Part shown: in pieces, positions 24,475 through 36,438 of the stretch
Layout of the letters: each line of letters opens with the position of its first letter
How positions within the stretch are numbered: position 1 is the first letter of the stretch
DNA from: Eledone cirrhosa
Taxonomy: Eukaryota
Assembly: GCA_964016885.1 (NCBI GenBank)
Contig: OZ024743.1
Span: 78,306,001-78,370,000, forward strand
Reading direction: 5' to 3'
DNA length: 64,000 nucleotides
Position numbers and translations under genes: made by a program
The notes under the pieces: model-generated
What the model was told of the DNA's origin: nothing
Database searches by the model: none
Seen by the model: the letters and a program-made list of their open reading frames with translations, nothing else

Positions 24475-25963
24475 CTAGCAGTGGCACGTGGCGTTGCACG
24501 GGATAAGGTATTTTGGAACGCGGGCCGCCAACAGACCTAATCGTGGAAAAACTGCATGCCTCGACAATATGTAAAGAAAATAAACCGAATACTCTGATGG
24601 CTGGATAATCTTTAACATTTTCCTCGATGAAGCAGTAAAAATGCAGGTTTTCATCTAGGGCATCAGAAAATGAATTTTTTTTTATGTGCATAACATGCCT
24701 TGAAATTTCCGGAAAATCGGCTAGACGTAACGCCTAAAAAAACCCCTAAAAAATGATGTTTTTCACCTAATGCGGTCCCTAGGCCATAAAAAAGTTGGAT
24801 TTTCTTTGCTCACGATAGGAAGAAGAGACTGACTAATACATAGTTACAATTTCAAGGAAATCGGTCTGACGTAACGCCTCAAAATACCCATAAAAAGCTG
24901 GAAAAAAGCGCAGTTTTTCACCTAATGCGGGCCCTAGGGGATAAAAAATTGGATTTTGTTATCTGCATAACACTCCCTGAAACATAACGCGGCCGCCAAC
25001 AGACGTTATCGTGGGAAAACTGCATGCCTGGACAATATGTAAAGAAAATAAACCGAATACTCTGATGCAATAATATTAGGTATGCTTCTCCTTCGACGTG
25101 GAGAAAATCGGCTTGGTGCTTTTGTACTTTAATAAAGTGGCATGAGTCAGCAGGACAGATGTCACCACTTATGTCAGAGGGAAGTCTGCAATGCTTGAGT
25201 AAGGCATGACGTGCAATCGGACAGCATGTGGCGCCTTCTCTAAGGAGTCCACCGCACCCTAGTAAGTAAACGCAACTGGACAAACGTTTACAAAACTATG
25301 GGTCTAATTTAACAAATTTAAAGAGGGATGCTGCAATAAAATGGGCCCCCAGGCGTGTGCGCGTTCACTGGCAGCCCTAAACGAAAGGGTTGCCATCAGC
25401 TATTTCAAGGGCCCTTAAATGGGCCGTGTAAGCCGTTCACCCAGTACGGAGGGGTAACCATCAACAATTTCAAGTGGTGGCCCTAAATAGGGTCATGTGA
25501 GCATTCACTTGTTGCCCTTAATAGTGACTTTGACTGCGTTCTCTGACATTTGGAGGATGTTACGCTTGCTTCCACTGGTAGCCTTTAGAATGAATCAGAA
25601 TGCGTTCGCGGTCCGTTTAACAGCCATACATTGACGCGCTGAGTGCGATGCAGACAGCCAGACATACAGACATATTATAAGGGCGCGTTCTGGACGAAGA
25701 GAGAATTGTGGGAAGTGACGTAATGCAAACAGCCAGACATGCAGACAGATATTATAAGGGCGCGACGTTATATGTATGTATCTATCTAAAAAGAGAAAGA
25801 CTAAGAATTGTAGAGAGAGAGATCGCTAAATCGCCTAATGCGGTCCCTAGGGAATTGAAATTTGAAATATTTTTGCTCAGAACACTCCCTGAAACATAAG
25901 TATTACATGTGTAAATCTTGAAAACAGTCGGTTGGGTGCTTCTCGAGATCTGGGGATTCAAAC

Positions 25964-26020
<57 letters not shown>

Positions 26021-26048
26021 GACATCCTCAGTTTTATATATATATAGA
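24475..26048 (-). mobile_element. Non-autonomous Helitron
   Basis: Minus strand begins TCTATATATATAAAA and ends with hairpin ccgtgcaacgccacg + CTAG; internal subrepeats. Confidence 0.7.
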
Positions 26049-26064
26049 TAATATATATAAATAT

Positions 26065-29000
26065 AATCATCATCATCATCATCATTTTACGTCCGCTTTT
26101 TCCTGCTTGCAAGGGTGGGAGGGGTCCTATTCACCGCAACATCTCTCCCTTTGTGACTGTCCTTCGTCATCTCCTCCGTGAGCATCAGCGATCTGAGGTC
26201 TGCTCTCACCACCTCCGCTCATGTTTTTTGTGGTCTTCCTCTACTGCGTTTTCCATCTACTGCCATTTATTGGCATTTCTTTACCCAGCGGTCATCCTCC
26301 ATGCACATCACATGTCCATACCATCGCAGTCTCCTCTCCTGCACACTACAACTTATCCCTCTTAAACACACTTTCTCTCTCAACACATCCATGCTTGGTC
26401 GTTCACGTACATTGACATTGCACATCCAACAGAGTACGGAGAGTGCTCGTTTTATTTCTCTCCAGCCGTTGCATATCCTCTGCTGCTGCTACCCATGTCT
26501 CACTACCTTGCAGCATCCCGCACCTCACACCGGTATCATATAACCCGCCTTTCGTACGCAGTGAGAAACACTTCTTCGTCAGCAGAGGAAGCAGCTCCCT
26601 AAACTTCTTCCAACCTGTCCTTATTCTAGATACTATGGCCTCGGAACACCCCCCTCCCATGCTAATCTGATCACCTAGGTACCGGAAGCTATCAACCACT
26701 TCTATAGAACCACCTGCATTTGAAAAATGTGTCTATCAATGCGACTTCTACCGTCAAATTTCCCTGTACATCTACTGCATACGTATTTCTCCCTACCTGT
26801 TAGTTTGCCTGCTATCCCACTACATCTCATCTCTTGTGTACCCAAGATCTGCATTGTGTACATTTTATAGAATTTATGCCAGTTCCTTTTCTGCATATCG
26901 AACATGGCCATTTCCATGATGGAATCCGAGTTTTGTCCCCTTTTCTACTCATCCACACTTTTGTCTTAGCTATGTTCACTCTCAGCCCTCTTGCTTCCAA
27001 CTGCTGTTTCCATAGCCAGAATTTATTCTCTAGCTCCTCTACTGATTCTGCTATAAGAACTAGATCGTCAGCATAGAGAATTTCCCATGGACAGACAGTC
27101 TTAAACTCTTCTGTTATGGCTTGGGGGACTATAATGAACAAGAGTGGGCTGAGGTCCGAACCCTGATGTACTTCTACTTGTATCTGGAATTCCTCACTAA
27201 ACTCCATTCCTACCCTCACTTTACTGACAGCGCCTCTGTACAAAGCTTGCACTGTCCTCACAAGCCATTCCTCAACACCTAGTTTCCTGAGGGACCACCA
27301 GATGACAGAGTGGGTACCCTATCAAAGGCCTTCTCTAGGTCAACAAAGGCTAAGTATAGTGGCTTATTCTTCTCTAAGAACCTCTTAGTTGTCTCACTAA
27401 GAAGAGGGCATCTGTTGTACTTTTCCGAGGCACAAAACCAAACTGCATCTCATCTAGTTTGACCCTTTCTCTAATTAGTTGAGCTAATATCCTTTCTGCC
27501 ACTTTCATAATCTGATCCAACAGTTGTATGCCCCTATAATTGCTCCTCTCCAGAGCATCCTCTTTACCTTGGTAGCAATGAGAATACTGCTGCACCAGTC
27601 TTTGGGTATGACACCGCCATATATAGCTTGATTGATGATGTGTGCAACCAGTTTATGCCTACGTCCCCTGATGCCTTCAACATCTCAGCAACTATCCTCG
27701 ACGGTCCAGCGGCCTTACCAGTTTTCATTTCCTTAATTGCCTCTTGGACCCTATATTCGTCAATCTCAATAGCTGGTCCCTCTGTCGTATCTACCGGGGT
27801 TAATTTCTCTCTATCCCATTTGTTCTCCACATTCATCAGTCTTTCATAATGACATTTCCAGGCCTTTTTCTGATCATTCGTGACACTAAGTACACCGGCA
27901 TCATTCCGGACACATTTATCTCCAACATCTTGATTTGCACTGACACACTGTCTTGCAATGCGAAACACCGCACGTCTCTGATCTTCCCGCCGCAGAACAT
28001 TGGCAAACCTCCTACTCTCAGCCTCCCTGCGTGCTAAGTACACCTGACGTCTAGCTTCTCTCTTAGTGGCTGTATATCCTTCTCTATTGCCACCATTTTC
28101 CAAGCCTTCCATGCCAGTCTTTTGTCTCTAATGGTCCTATCTACCGTGCTGTTCCACCACCAGGTCACTCTCTGTCTGGTTGAAGCTCATCCTCAACTAC
28201 AAGTCTCTTCAGGAGCCTGAAGTTAGTTGTCACGTAAGAAATTCCAGTTATCATCTATGTCATACGACTCTAACTCGTCTTCTTTTTCGCCATACACATC
28301 TTGAAGGGCTTTCCTAAATTTATATTTTAGTGAAAGGTCTTTTAGCTTCCATACCTTTCTTTTCTACACCTTCCTGTATGTCTCATTCTTTCTCTTGCTT
28401 ACTGAGATGTCACTAACGACTAACCTATGCTGTGGGGTACATTCTTCCCCGGGGTATACTTTGGTATTTGACACCATCTGTCTGTCTCGCTGCCCAACTA
28501 GCAAGAAGTCAATCTGGCTTATGTGCTCGCCTGATTTGTAGGTTATCAGGTGGTTGGCCGGTTTCTGGAAGTTAGTGATGCAAATAGTTAGTGCACTTGC
28601 ACACAAAATTCAAGAAGCCTCACTCCTTCATTTATTGAGCCGTAACCGTGCCCACCATGTACCGCAGTGTATCCAACCTGGAGCTGTCGAACATGACCAT
28701 TGAAGTCCCCTGCTAGCATAACGATGTCTCCTCTGTCATTGCAACTGTTTGTAAAAGTTGCTCGTAAAAGCAGTCTCTCTCTTCTTTACCTAGGCCTGCT
28801 TGGGGAGCATAGGCAGAGATGATTGTCAGTAGTTTCTTGCCTACAACTAATCTAAGCTTAATTATTCTATTACTAACTCTAACTACCTCTATTGTCTTAT
28901 CGATCCATCTCTCAGCCAGTAAAATGCCTACCCCACCTAACCCATCATTACCCACCCAGAAAAGTTTATAACTAAGATGTTTGCCTGTGATTAGTCTCGC

Positions 29001-29138
29001 AGAGGCACCTCTCCATCTCACCTCTTGCATGCAGCACTTATCCACATGCCTTCTCTCCAGCATCTCCCCTATCTCACCATATCTACCTGTTAGAGTGCCA
29101 ACATCAAGTGTGGCAACTCTGAGATGCGAAGTCTTCAT
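26065..29138 (-). mobile_element. Degenerate near-full-length RTE LINE (EN, RT, PHD-like finger, (GAT)n tail)
   Basis: QEVRWRG..GVGILL..SAYAPQ; SQIDF; NYRGI..QFGF; HQGSDLSP..YADD; FRYLG; many stops and frameshifts. Confidence 0.9.
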
Positions 29139-29263
29139 ATTCTTGTTCTATATAATTACAGAATATGATATCACATGACCTGCATACAAGCATGGTAATA
29201 GAAAATTTCTATTCTATCTTTCTATCTTCACCAGAATCTTCCAAATTCAGGGAAATGAAGAAA

Positions 29264-29339
<76 letters not shown>

Positions 29340-29779
29340 TATATTTATTTGGTTCCTTTACCGGTTTCGCAGTTTTTCTGCTTTTCAAAAGTAGAGTTGA
29401 GATGGAGGGTCTGTGGTTTTTCTCACATCTGGTTGGTCTTTGAATGTTACTTCTGTTTTATATGGAAAAAGTGGCTCGAAATGCCAGGTTTTTAGAGAAG
29501 TAATTTGGTTGGTTGGTGAATAAGTATAATAAATTTCGCACAAGTTCACGTTACAAAGTTCTTCAAACAAAGTGGGGTCTCAGGTTGTTTTTTCATATAT
29601 GAGTGAATTTTGGTTGGTTGATGCAGTCACGTGAATAAGCACATCAGCTTGCGCGCTAGTTTGTGTTTGAATTTCTTTTTACTTAAAAAAAAGTGGCTCA
29701 CGAAGGCTTTTTTTAATAAATATAATTTGATAGGTTATAAATGAAATTATGACTGTCACGTGAACAAGTACATTAAATA

Positions 29780-29960
29780 CTATTGGCACAAGGCCAGCAA
29801 TTATCCCAGTACATTACTGGTACCTTATTTTATCGACCCGGTAAGGATGAAAGGCTAAGTTAACTTTGGTGGGATTTGAACTCAGAATGGCAAGGCCGTA
29901 ACTCTATGCGTCAAAGCATGGCGTCCGACCCTCTACCGATATTGCCAATTCACCGCCCTC
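29780..29960 (-). mobile_element. tRNA-derived SINE (octopus OK-like family)
   Basis: B-box-like gagttcaaatccc on minus strand; same family at 11370, 44930, 45170, 46245, 46440, 49850, 62690. Confidence 0.7.
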
Positions 29961-30463
29961 AAAAACCGTACCAAACAAAAGATAATGGTCAAGAAAAATG
30001 GGATGGGGAGAATTGTTCTGGTTCAGTGAATATGGCTGGTGCGCTGGGGTGTACTCTAGAGTACAGAAGAATCATCTGTACTCTACCAACATGCTAAAAT
30101 AGAACACAAGGGTAAATTAGAGAACATAGAAATAAAAATAGAATCTACACACAGAAAAGACGCAATGTTGAGACAAATTACAGAGGCAATAAACATAAAA
30201 GAATTACAACCAAAATTAAATAGAAAATATGAGTGGAACAGCAACATCACAACTTACAATTAAGGACAAAATGAAAACACACACACACATAGAACAAACA
30301 ACCAACCAGTAACATGTAAATAAACAAATAAATAAATGAACATAAACACACACAGACACCCGGATGTGGCGCATGCGCAGACTGAGCACACAACACACAC
30401 ACAGAAACAAAATGGCGTAGGATAGAACAAAGGAGAGGCACAGAAACAAAGAAAGGAATCCCC

Positions 30464-30508
30464 AGTCACTGAAGAGGTCACAGAGTGTGTGACGAAAGAA
30501 CCATGACT
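30464..30508 (+). ncRNA. Degenerate minimal hammerhead ribozyme
   Basis: agtca-CTGAAGA-g-gtcac(agagtgt)gtgac-GAAA-gaacca-tgact; lacks the U of the NUH site. Confidence 0.5.
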
Positions 30509-30680
30509 ATATATAAACAACTATCTGGTTGTGGAACCAACCAACCAACCAGAATTTATAAATTTATAAATTTATTATAAATTTATTATAATAAATTGAA
30601 GTGAAAGCAACTGGTGCGTGTGTTTCTTATTGGCATCATGACCCTCCCAAAGTATAACAATATATATATATATATATATA

Positions 30681-31200
30681 TTAAAATAACAGATTAAAGT
30701 TTAAGTAAAGAAACCTGGTTTTGTCTTTGCGTGCAATTGTTCTTAACGCACCACATATGACGTATTATCTTCGTTTTTTCCGTTCATTGCCAGAGAACGT
30801 CCCTATGAAACACCTATGAGAACATTAGTCTACGACCTCTTTTATGCCATAAACGTGGTTCTGTCTGCGCGTAATTGTTTTTCACCGCTCATATTAATGA
30901 CGTATTATATTCGTTTTTTCCCGTTCTTTGCCAGGGAACGTTTCCACGAACCAAAGTATCGTCTTCCTGTCTTCCTCCGGTTGCAACATTTTTTGAAATA
31001 TCCACTTCTGCGTTTGCAGATTGACTTTGTTAGTTTCAGAAGATCCCGTTAAGGGTGAAAGCAGAGATTCTTTGCTTAAACTTTAATCTGTTATTTTAAT
31101 CAATATTTGCTCTACGGCTCTTATATATTTGATATATATTTATCCTTATCGAGCCCTCTTTGGATTTTAGTCTTCAAATTTATTATTATTACTATATATA
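30681..31200 (+). mobile_element. pLTR-like element with inverted 5' piece (30681-30712) and hammerhead at 31032-31082
   Basis: agttt-CAGAAGA-tccc(gttaa)gggt-GAAA-gcagaga(t)tctttgc-TT-aaact (U4->A); a further copy on the minus strand at ~53585-53645. Confidence 0.6.
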
Positions 31201-31251
31201 TATATATAAATATATATATATTATGTATGTATATATGTAATATATATATTA

Positions 31252-31330
31252 CTAGCAGAATGGCCCGACGTTGCTCGGGATTTGCTCTAGGGTTCTTATA
31301 TATTTGATATATATTTATCCTTATCAAGCC
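31252..31330 (-). mobile_element. Helitron 3' terminus fragment
   Basis: Hairpin cccgagcaacgtcggg + CTAG on the minus strand. Confidence 0.5.
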
Positions 31331-31593
31331 CCGTGAAATAAATACGTTTATTTATATTTTGTTGTGTATGCAAACATATCTAAACAAAAAAATATATATA
31401 TATTTTTTTTTTTTAGAGCAAACATCACGGGCCCTCTATCTCAAAATTATTTTTGAAAAGCATTAGAAATGCGCAACCAGTAAAACTTAAAACCAAAACT
31501 GAATACTAACCAATACTATTACTAATTTTCACTTATTCCTAAATAAACTATTTTTCACTGTGAACAAACTGTCAGCATTTTCTTTTCCGTTTA

Positions 31594-31644
<51 letters not shown>

Positions 31645-31914
31645 GTACAGAGAAGTACGGAATACCTCGGCCTCGGGGTGGTGTCAATATTTTGTGCTTA
31701 TGAAAAAAATTCGTCATACATTACCAGGGTTTTTTTCCGTGCAAAAAAAACCAATACTTTATCGCGAAATAAATACTTTTGTTATTGTGTATGCAAAAAT
31801 ATCTGTGAACGAATATATAATTATATATATATATATATATATAAATCAGGAAAGAAGAGTGACACGGTTTGCTATACAAACACTTAAGTGGACTAACTAT
31901 AAGAATGTTACCCC

Positions 31915-31987
<73 letters not shown>

Positions 31988-31989
31988 GG

Positions 31990-34695
31990 AAAAATTTGAA
32001 CAGGGACAAAACAGAGAGGCAGTACGACAAATGTTTATTAATTTCACGCTCTGGAGAGTGGGGTGTAGGTGGGGGACGACGTTTCGGGCATAAGCCCTTC
32101 CTCAGGTGAGAAGTGGGTGGGAACAGAGTTCAAAGGGTGTGTAGGGGAGTGGTGGAGAGACATATAGCGAAAGGAAACGGTGCGAATGAAAAAATAAAAA
32201 ATAAAGATAAAAATAAAAATAAAGCATGATCAAAATACAAGGAATGAGATAAATTTAAAAATAAAGGCATGATCAAAATAAACTGAAATTAAAAGGGGGG
32301 TGAACAGGTGGTGGAAGGGTGTGGGGTGTGTAGGGGTGGTGGCGGGTGGAGTGGGGAGAGGGAGACGGGGTATCCGAGCGGGGAGGGCTGAAGGTGGTGT
32401 GTGTGTGTAGGTGTGCGTGTGTGTGTGTGTGTGTATGTGAAAGTAAGGGTTGGGGGAAGAACGGGGTTGCATGTTCAGGAAGAGGTGTGTGTGGGGGCAT
32501 TTTGTGGGTCGGAGTGTCTGTGCGTGTGTGGATAGAGGGGTGGGGGGAGAGGAATCAGGAGGCTGAGGGTGTAAATATGTGGTGGAAAGCACGTGTGTGT
32601 GGGGTTTAAGCGTGTTGTGGGTGTGGGTGGCGTGTGGAGAAAAAAAATTGTTTGGGGTGTGTGTGTGGGTGAGTTATATAGGTGATTACGTAAGAGGATG
32701 GTTGAAAAGTTGGTAAATTCCAAAGATGTTTAGTGGATTGGTGGTCGGTCAATTTCTGCGTGTGGGTATTCCAAGAAGCGGTGGTCGGAAGAGGAGAGTT
32801 GTGGGGTGCGCGCGCAACAGAAAGTGGTCAGCAGTGGGAGTGCTGTGGTCTGTTAGTGCTGTGGTCTGTTAGTGCTGGGAGGTGGTCAGAGGGCATAGCA
32901 GCAGTCGGTGGAATGGTAAGGGTGCGAGGATGGGTAGGTGTGAAAGTTGGAGTGAGGAGGGTGTGTGTGTGTGTGTGTGTGTGTATTAGTAGGGGTGTTA
33001 GTGGGATGAGTGAGTGTGGAGCGAGGGTGTGGGTGGAGCGGGGAGAGAAGGGTGTGTGTGGTTCTATGGAGGGAGTGTGGTGTACTAGTGTGTGTGTAGT
33101 TTGATGAAGAGGTGTTAGTGGGTGTTAGTATACGGGAGGTGGGGAGGGGTTGAATGCAGGTGTGAGTGGGGGTTGGTGGTGGTAGGGTGTGTAGAGTTGG
33201 TGGTGTACGAGGGTGTGTGGGTACGTGTGCGTGGGGTTGGGGGTGTTAGTGATGTTAGTTGCGTGTGGGGTGGGTGGTGTAAGTGGGTGCGTGTGTTCGT
33301 GTGCTTGGGGTTAGGGGGTGTTAGTGAGGTTAGTTGCGGGGTGGTGGGATGGAGGTGTGGGGGTGAGAGGTGTGGGGGTGAGGGTTAGTGGTGGTAGTAG
33401 GGTGTGTGTTTAGTGTGAGCGCGTGTATATATGTGCCGGTGGGTGTGTGCGTGTGATAAGGAGGGGGAGGAGGAGAAGAGGGGAGGGAAGGGATGTTAGT
33501 ATGTTAGTTGGGGAAGGGTGGTCAGATGAGGGGTGGAGTGGAGGTGTTAGTGGGGGATAAGTGTGGGGGGAGGGGGGCGGTCTAAGGCTAAAGGAATAGG
33601 GGTGGGGAGTTCAGGCCGGGGGGAGTGTGGGTCTGTAAGATGAAGATAGTCCGTTGTTCGACCGTAAGGCGATTGGCGGGTGTTCCGTGGCACTGGAGTA
33701 GGCCACAGACTGTGAGATGGCGTGCGGAATGTCCAGGGCCACCAAAGTGGTGGGCGATGGGGGAACTGCCCCCGAGACGAATATCCCGGAGGTGCTCCGT
33801 GACTCGGTCCGCCAGGCGACCACCCGTCTGTCCGACATAAGTCGCGCTGTCCGTAGACTAGGTTGGGGGAGGTGCAGCGGAAGGCATGCCGGACCGAGAG
33901 AGAGTGGCCGTTGGGACCCTGGAAGGTGGTGGTGTTGGTGATGTGGGGGCAGGTGTTGCAGCGGGGCCTAGAACAGGGAAAGGAATCGGGGGGGGAAACA
34001 GAGCGTGGATTGGGGGTAGGGAGCTGTGGACGAGGAGGGTGCGGAGATTGCGTGCGCGTTTGAAGGAGGGGAGTGGTGGGGTTGGGAAGATGTGGGAGGT
34101 GGAGGGGTCGGACTGGAGGCGTCGGAAGAGGCGGCGGATGGTGCGGTGGAGGGGTAAGGTGGAGGGGTGGTAGGTGATGGGGAAGGGGAGACGGTGGGTG
34201 GGTGGATGTGCGGTGGCGTGGGGTGAGGGTGGTGGAGCGGGGGACAGCACGGGCGCGGGTGAGAGCGGTGTAGACGAGAGAGGGGGGGTAACCTCTGCGG
34301 ATGAAGTGGCTGACGAGGGAAAGGGCCTGGGACTCGAAGTCAGCATCACGGCTACAGAGGCGGCGGATCCTGAGAAGTTGGGAGTAGGGAATGGAGTGTT
34401 TAGTGTGGGTGGGGTGGGAAGAGGTGAAGTCGAGGTAAGAGTGGGAGTCGGTGGGTTTGAAGAAGGCGGAGGTGACGAGGGAGTGGTGGGAGGGGTCGAA
34501 GGCGACGGAGATGTCTAAGAAGTGGACGTGGGTGGTGGAGATAGAGGTGGTGAAGTGGAGGGAGGGGTGGAAGGAGCAGAAGAAGGAGAGAAAGGAGTCG
34601 AGCTGTTCTCGGGTGAGGGTCGTGGCTCCGATACAGTCGTCAATGTAACGACCGTACAGTTCGGGCGTGGGGCCGGTGTACTGGGCAAAGATTTG

Positions 34696-34699
<4 letters not shown>
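31990..34699 (-). mobile_element. 5'-truncated Penelope-like element (Neptune-like): RT C-terminal half, GIY-YIG, long CA-rich 3' region, minimal hammerhead
   Basis: My translation: YGRYIDD, HFLDI, FKPTDSHSYL, CSRPRCNTC, YVGQT..RVTEH, PGLN; CTGAGGA-agggc(ttat)gccc-GAAA-cg-TC at ~32074-32108. Confidence 0.85.
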
Positions 34700-34769
<70 letters not shown>

Positions 34770-34796
34770 TATTCGTTTACAGATATTTTTGCATAC

Positions 34797-36410
34797 GTGG
34801 TGTATTTGATGGGGGTGGTGGTACCGCGGTGTGGGAGTTATACTGTTTTAGTTTATGATGGTTACTGAATGCGACGTGGCTAGCTAGGTTAGGTGTTGTG
34901 GAGAATGAGATTTTAATGTTGTTTTTATTAAAGAGTTTGTAATATCTATGGTTGGCGAGGGGAGTGTTTAGATAGGATAGAGAAGAAGCGTTTAGGGATA
35001 TTAGTGGCTAACACACCGCGGTACCACCACCCCCATCAAATACACCACGCCACTACACCAATACTTACTCTAGTAGCACACCTGCCCCATCTAATCCTTC
35101 CAGCACGGATCAACCGGGCACGGATCAACCGCTTAGTTTAAACAACCCTACTTTCACTAACCGCAGTAGTAACTGCAACTGCCGTTACCCTAATGCATGC
35201 CCACTAAATGGACATTGCCTGACACCCAATATAGTTTATAGGTGCACAGTTAAAACTGCTTCGCATACCAGCTCCTATATCGGCTCTACCTCTAACCATT
35301 TTAAGGTACGCTATAACGCGCACTCTTTTTCCTTCCAAGATCCTAACAACAGATGTTCGACATCTCTAGCTAGGCTCATTAAAAACCTTAAGTTAACCAA
35401 CATTGCACACTCACTAACATGCGATATCTTGGCTAGGGCCCAACCGTTCAATGGACGAAGAAACTCTTGTGATCTCTGTCTTACCGAAGCATATTACATA
35501 ACTCTATCACGACCTCTACCGATTAACGATAGAACGGAGGTAACTATTAGCTGTCAACATCGAAGGGCTAATTCCTTCGCCAACAGAATATTTGAACCAA
35601 CATAGTCATCTAGCCCTATTTTTACTTATAGCTAATAAGTTAAATAGTTATAGCTAACTTAGATAATTATAAGTTACCTCCCTTACATTGTCTCTCAATT
35701 AAAAAATTAGAAAATTAGCACTTCTTAACTATAAACTACCCACAATTTCTAATTTCTCGAGGAGATACTTCCCCTGAAACCACCCTCTAATTAGTAAGGT
35801 AAATATGTCTATTGGCGGCCATCTTGTTACCCATAGGCAGATCTGACACAATGCAGCCTCGACAGAAGAATACTACTCGACTATGGCCAACATAGTGAAA
35901 TACCAATATATGGAACATTACATTCATGTAACATTCTTTCCTTATTTTAATTCATATCCCTTTTGAAGTTCCGATGAGCTGCTCTAATTATACCTAAGTT
36001 AATCATTTTCAACTGAACCAGATTAATAATGATCTATAATCATTTGATCCAGAAATATTATATGGAGTAGCGAAACAATTGCAAACGGACATTATTATTA
36101 TTAACATTATTATTATTATTCTCTACATTCCTTACATCAAACTAAAATATGTTGACAATCTTTTAATAATGTCTTCCTTGTGAAATTTGTGGTCTTGTTT
36201 TGCTTAACTAATGAATATTTCCAGCTCTGTGCACCTAACCTCTGCATGAACCCAGCCACCTAGCTGCCTTCCACTGCATATTGTACATTGAGCACATGCC
36301 TTTACGCTTTGGCTTCTAACTAATTCACCAATCTCTCTTCTCCTCTCTTATCTCCTCTCCTATATCCATCTCTCTCTTTAAGATTGGTTACACTTGAACT
36401 GTGTGTATAT
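34797..36410 (+). mobile_element. Second Penelope-like element (probably Naiad-like) with 5' inversion, GIY-YIG endonuclease and pLTR
   Basis: Open frame 35012-35605: CNCRYPNACPLNGHCL..IVY..YIGST..FKVRYNAH..CDLCLTE..INDRTE..CQH; inverted thumb-like piece at 34834-35010; degenerate hammerhead at 35968-36086. Confidence 0.8.
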
Positions 36411-36438
36411 ATATATATAATAGAGAGAGAGAGAGAGA

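Noticed and set aside
32230-33600. G/V/C-rich ORFs
   Set aside because: Low-complexity 3' region of the Penelope-like element
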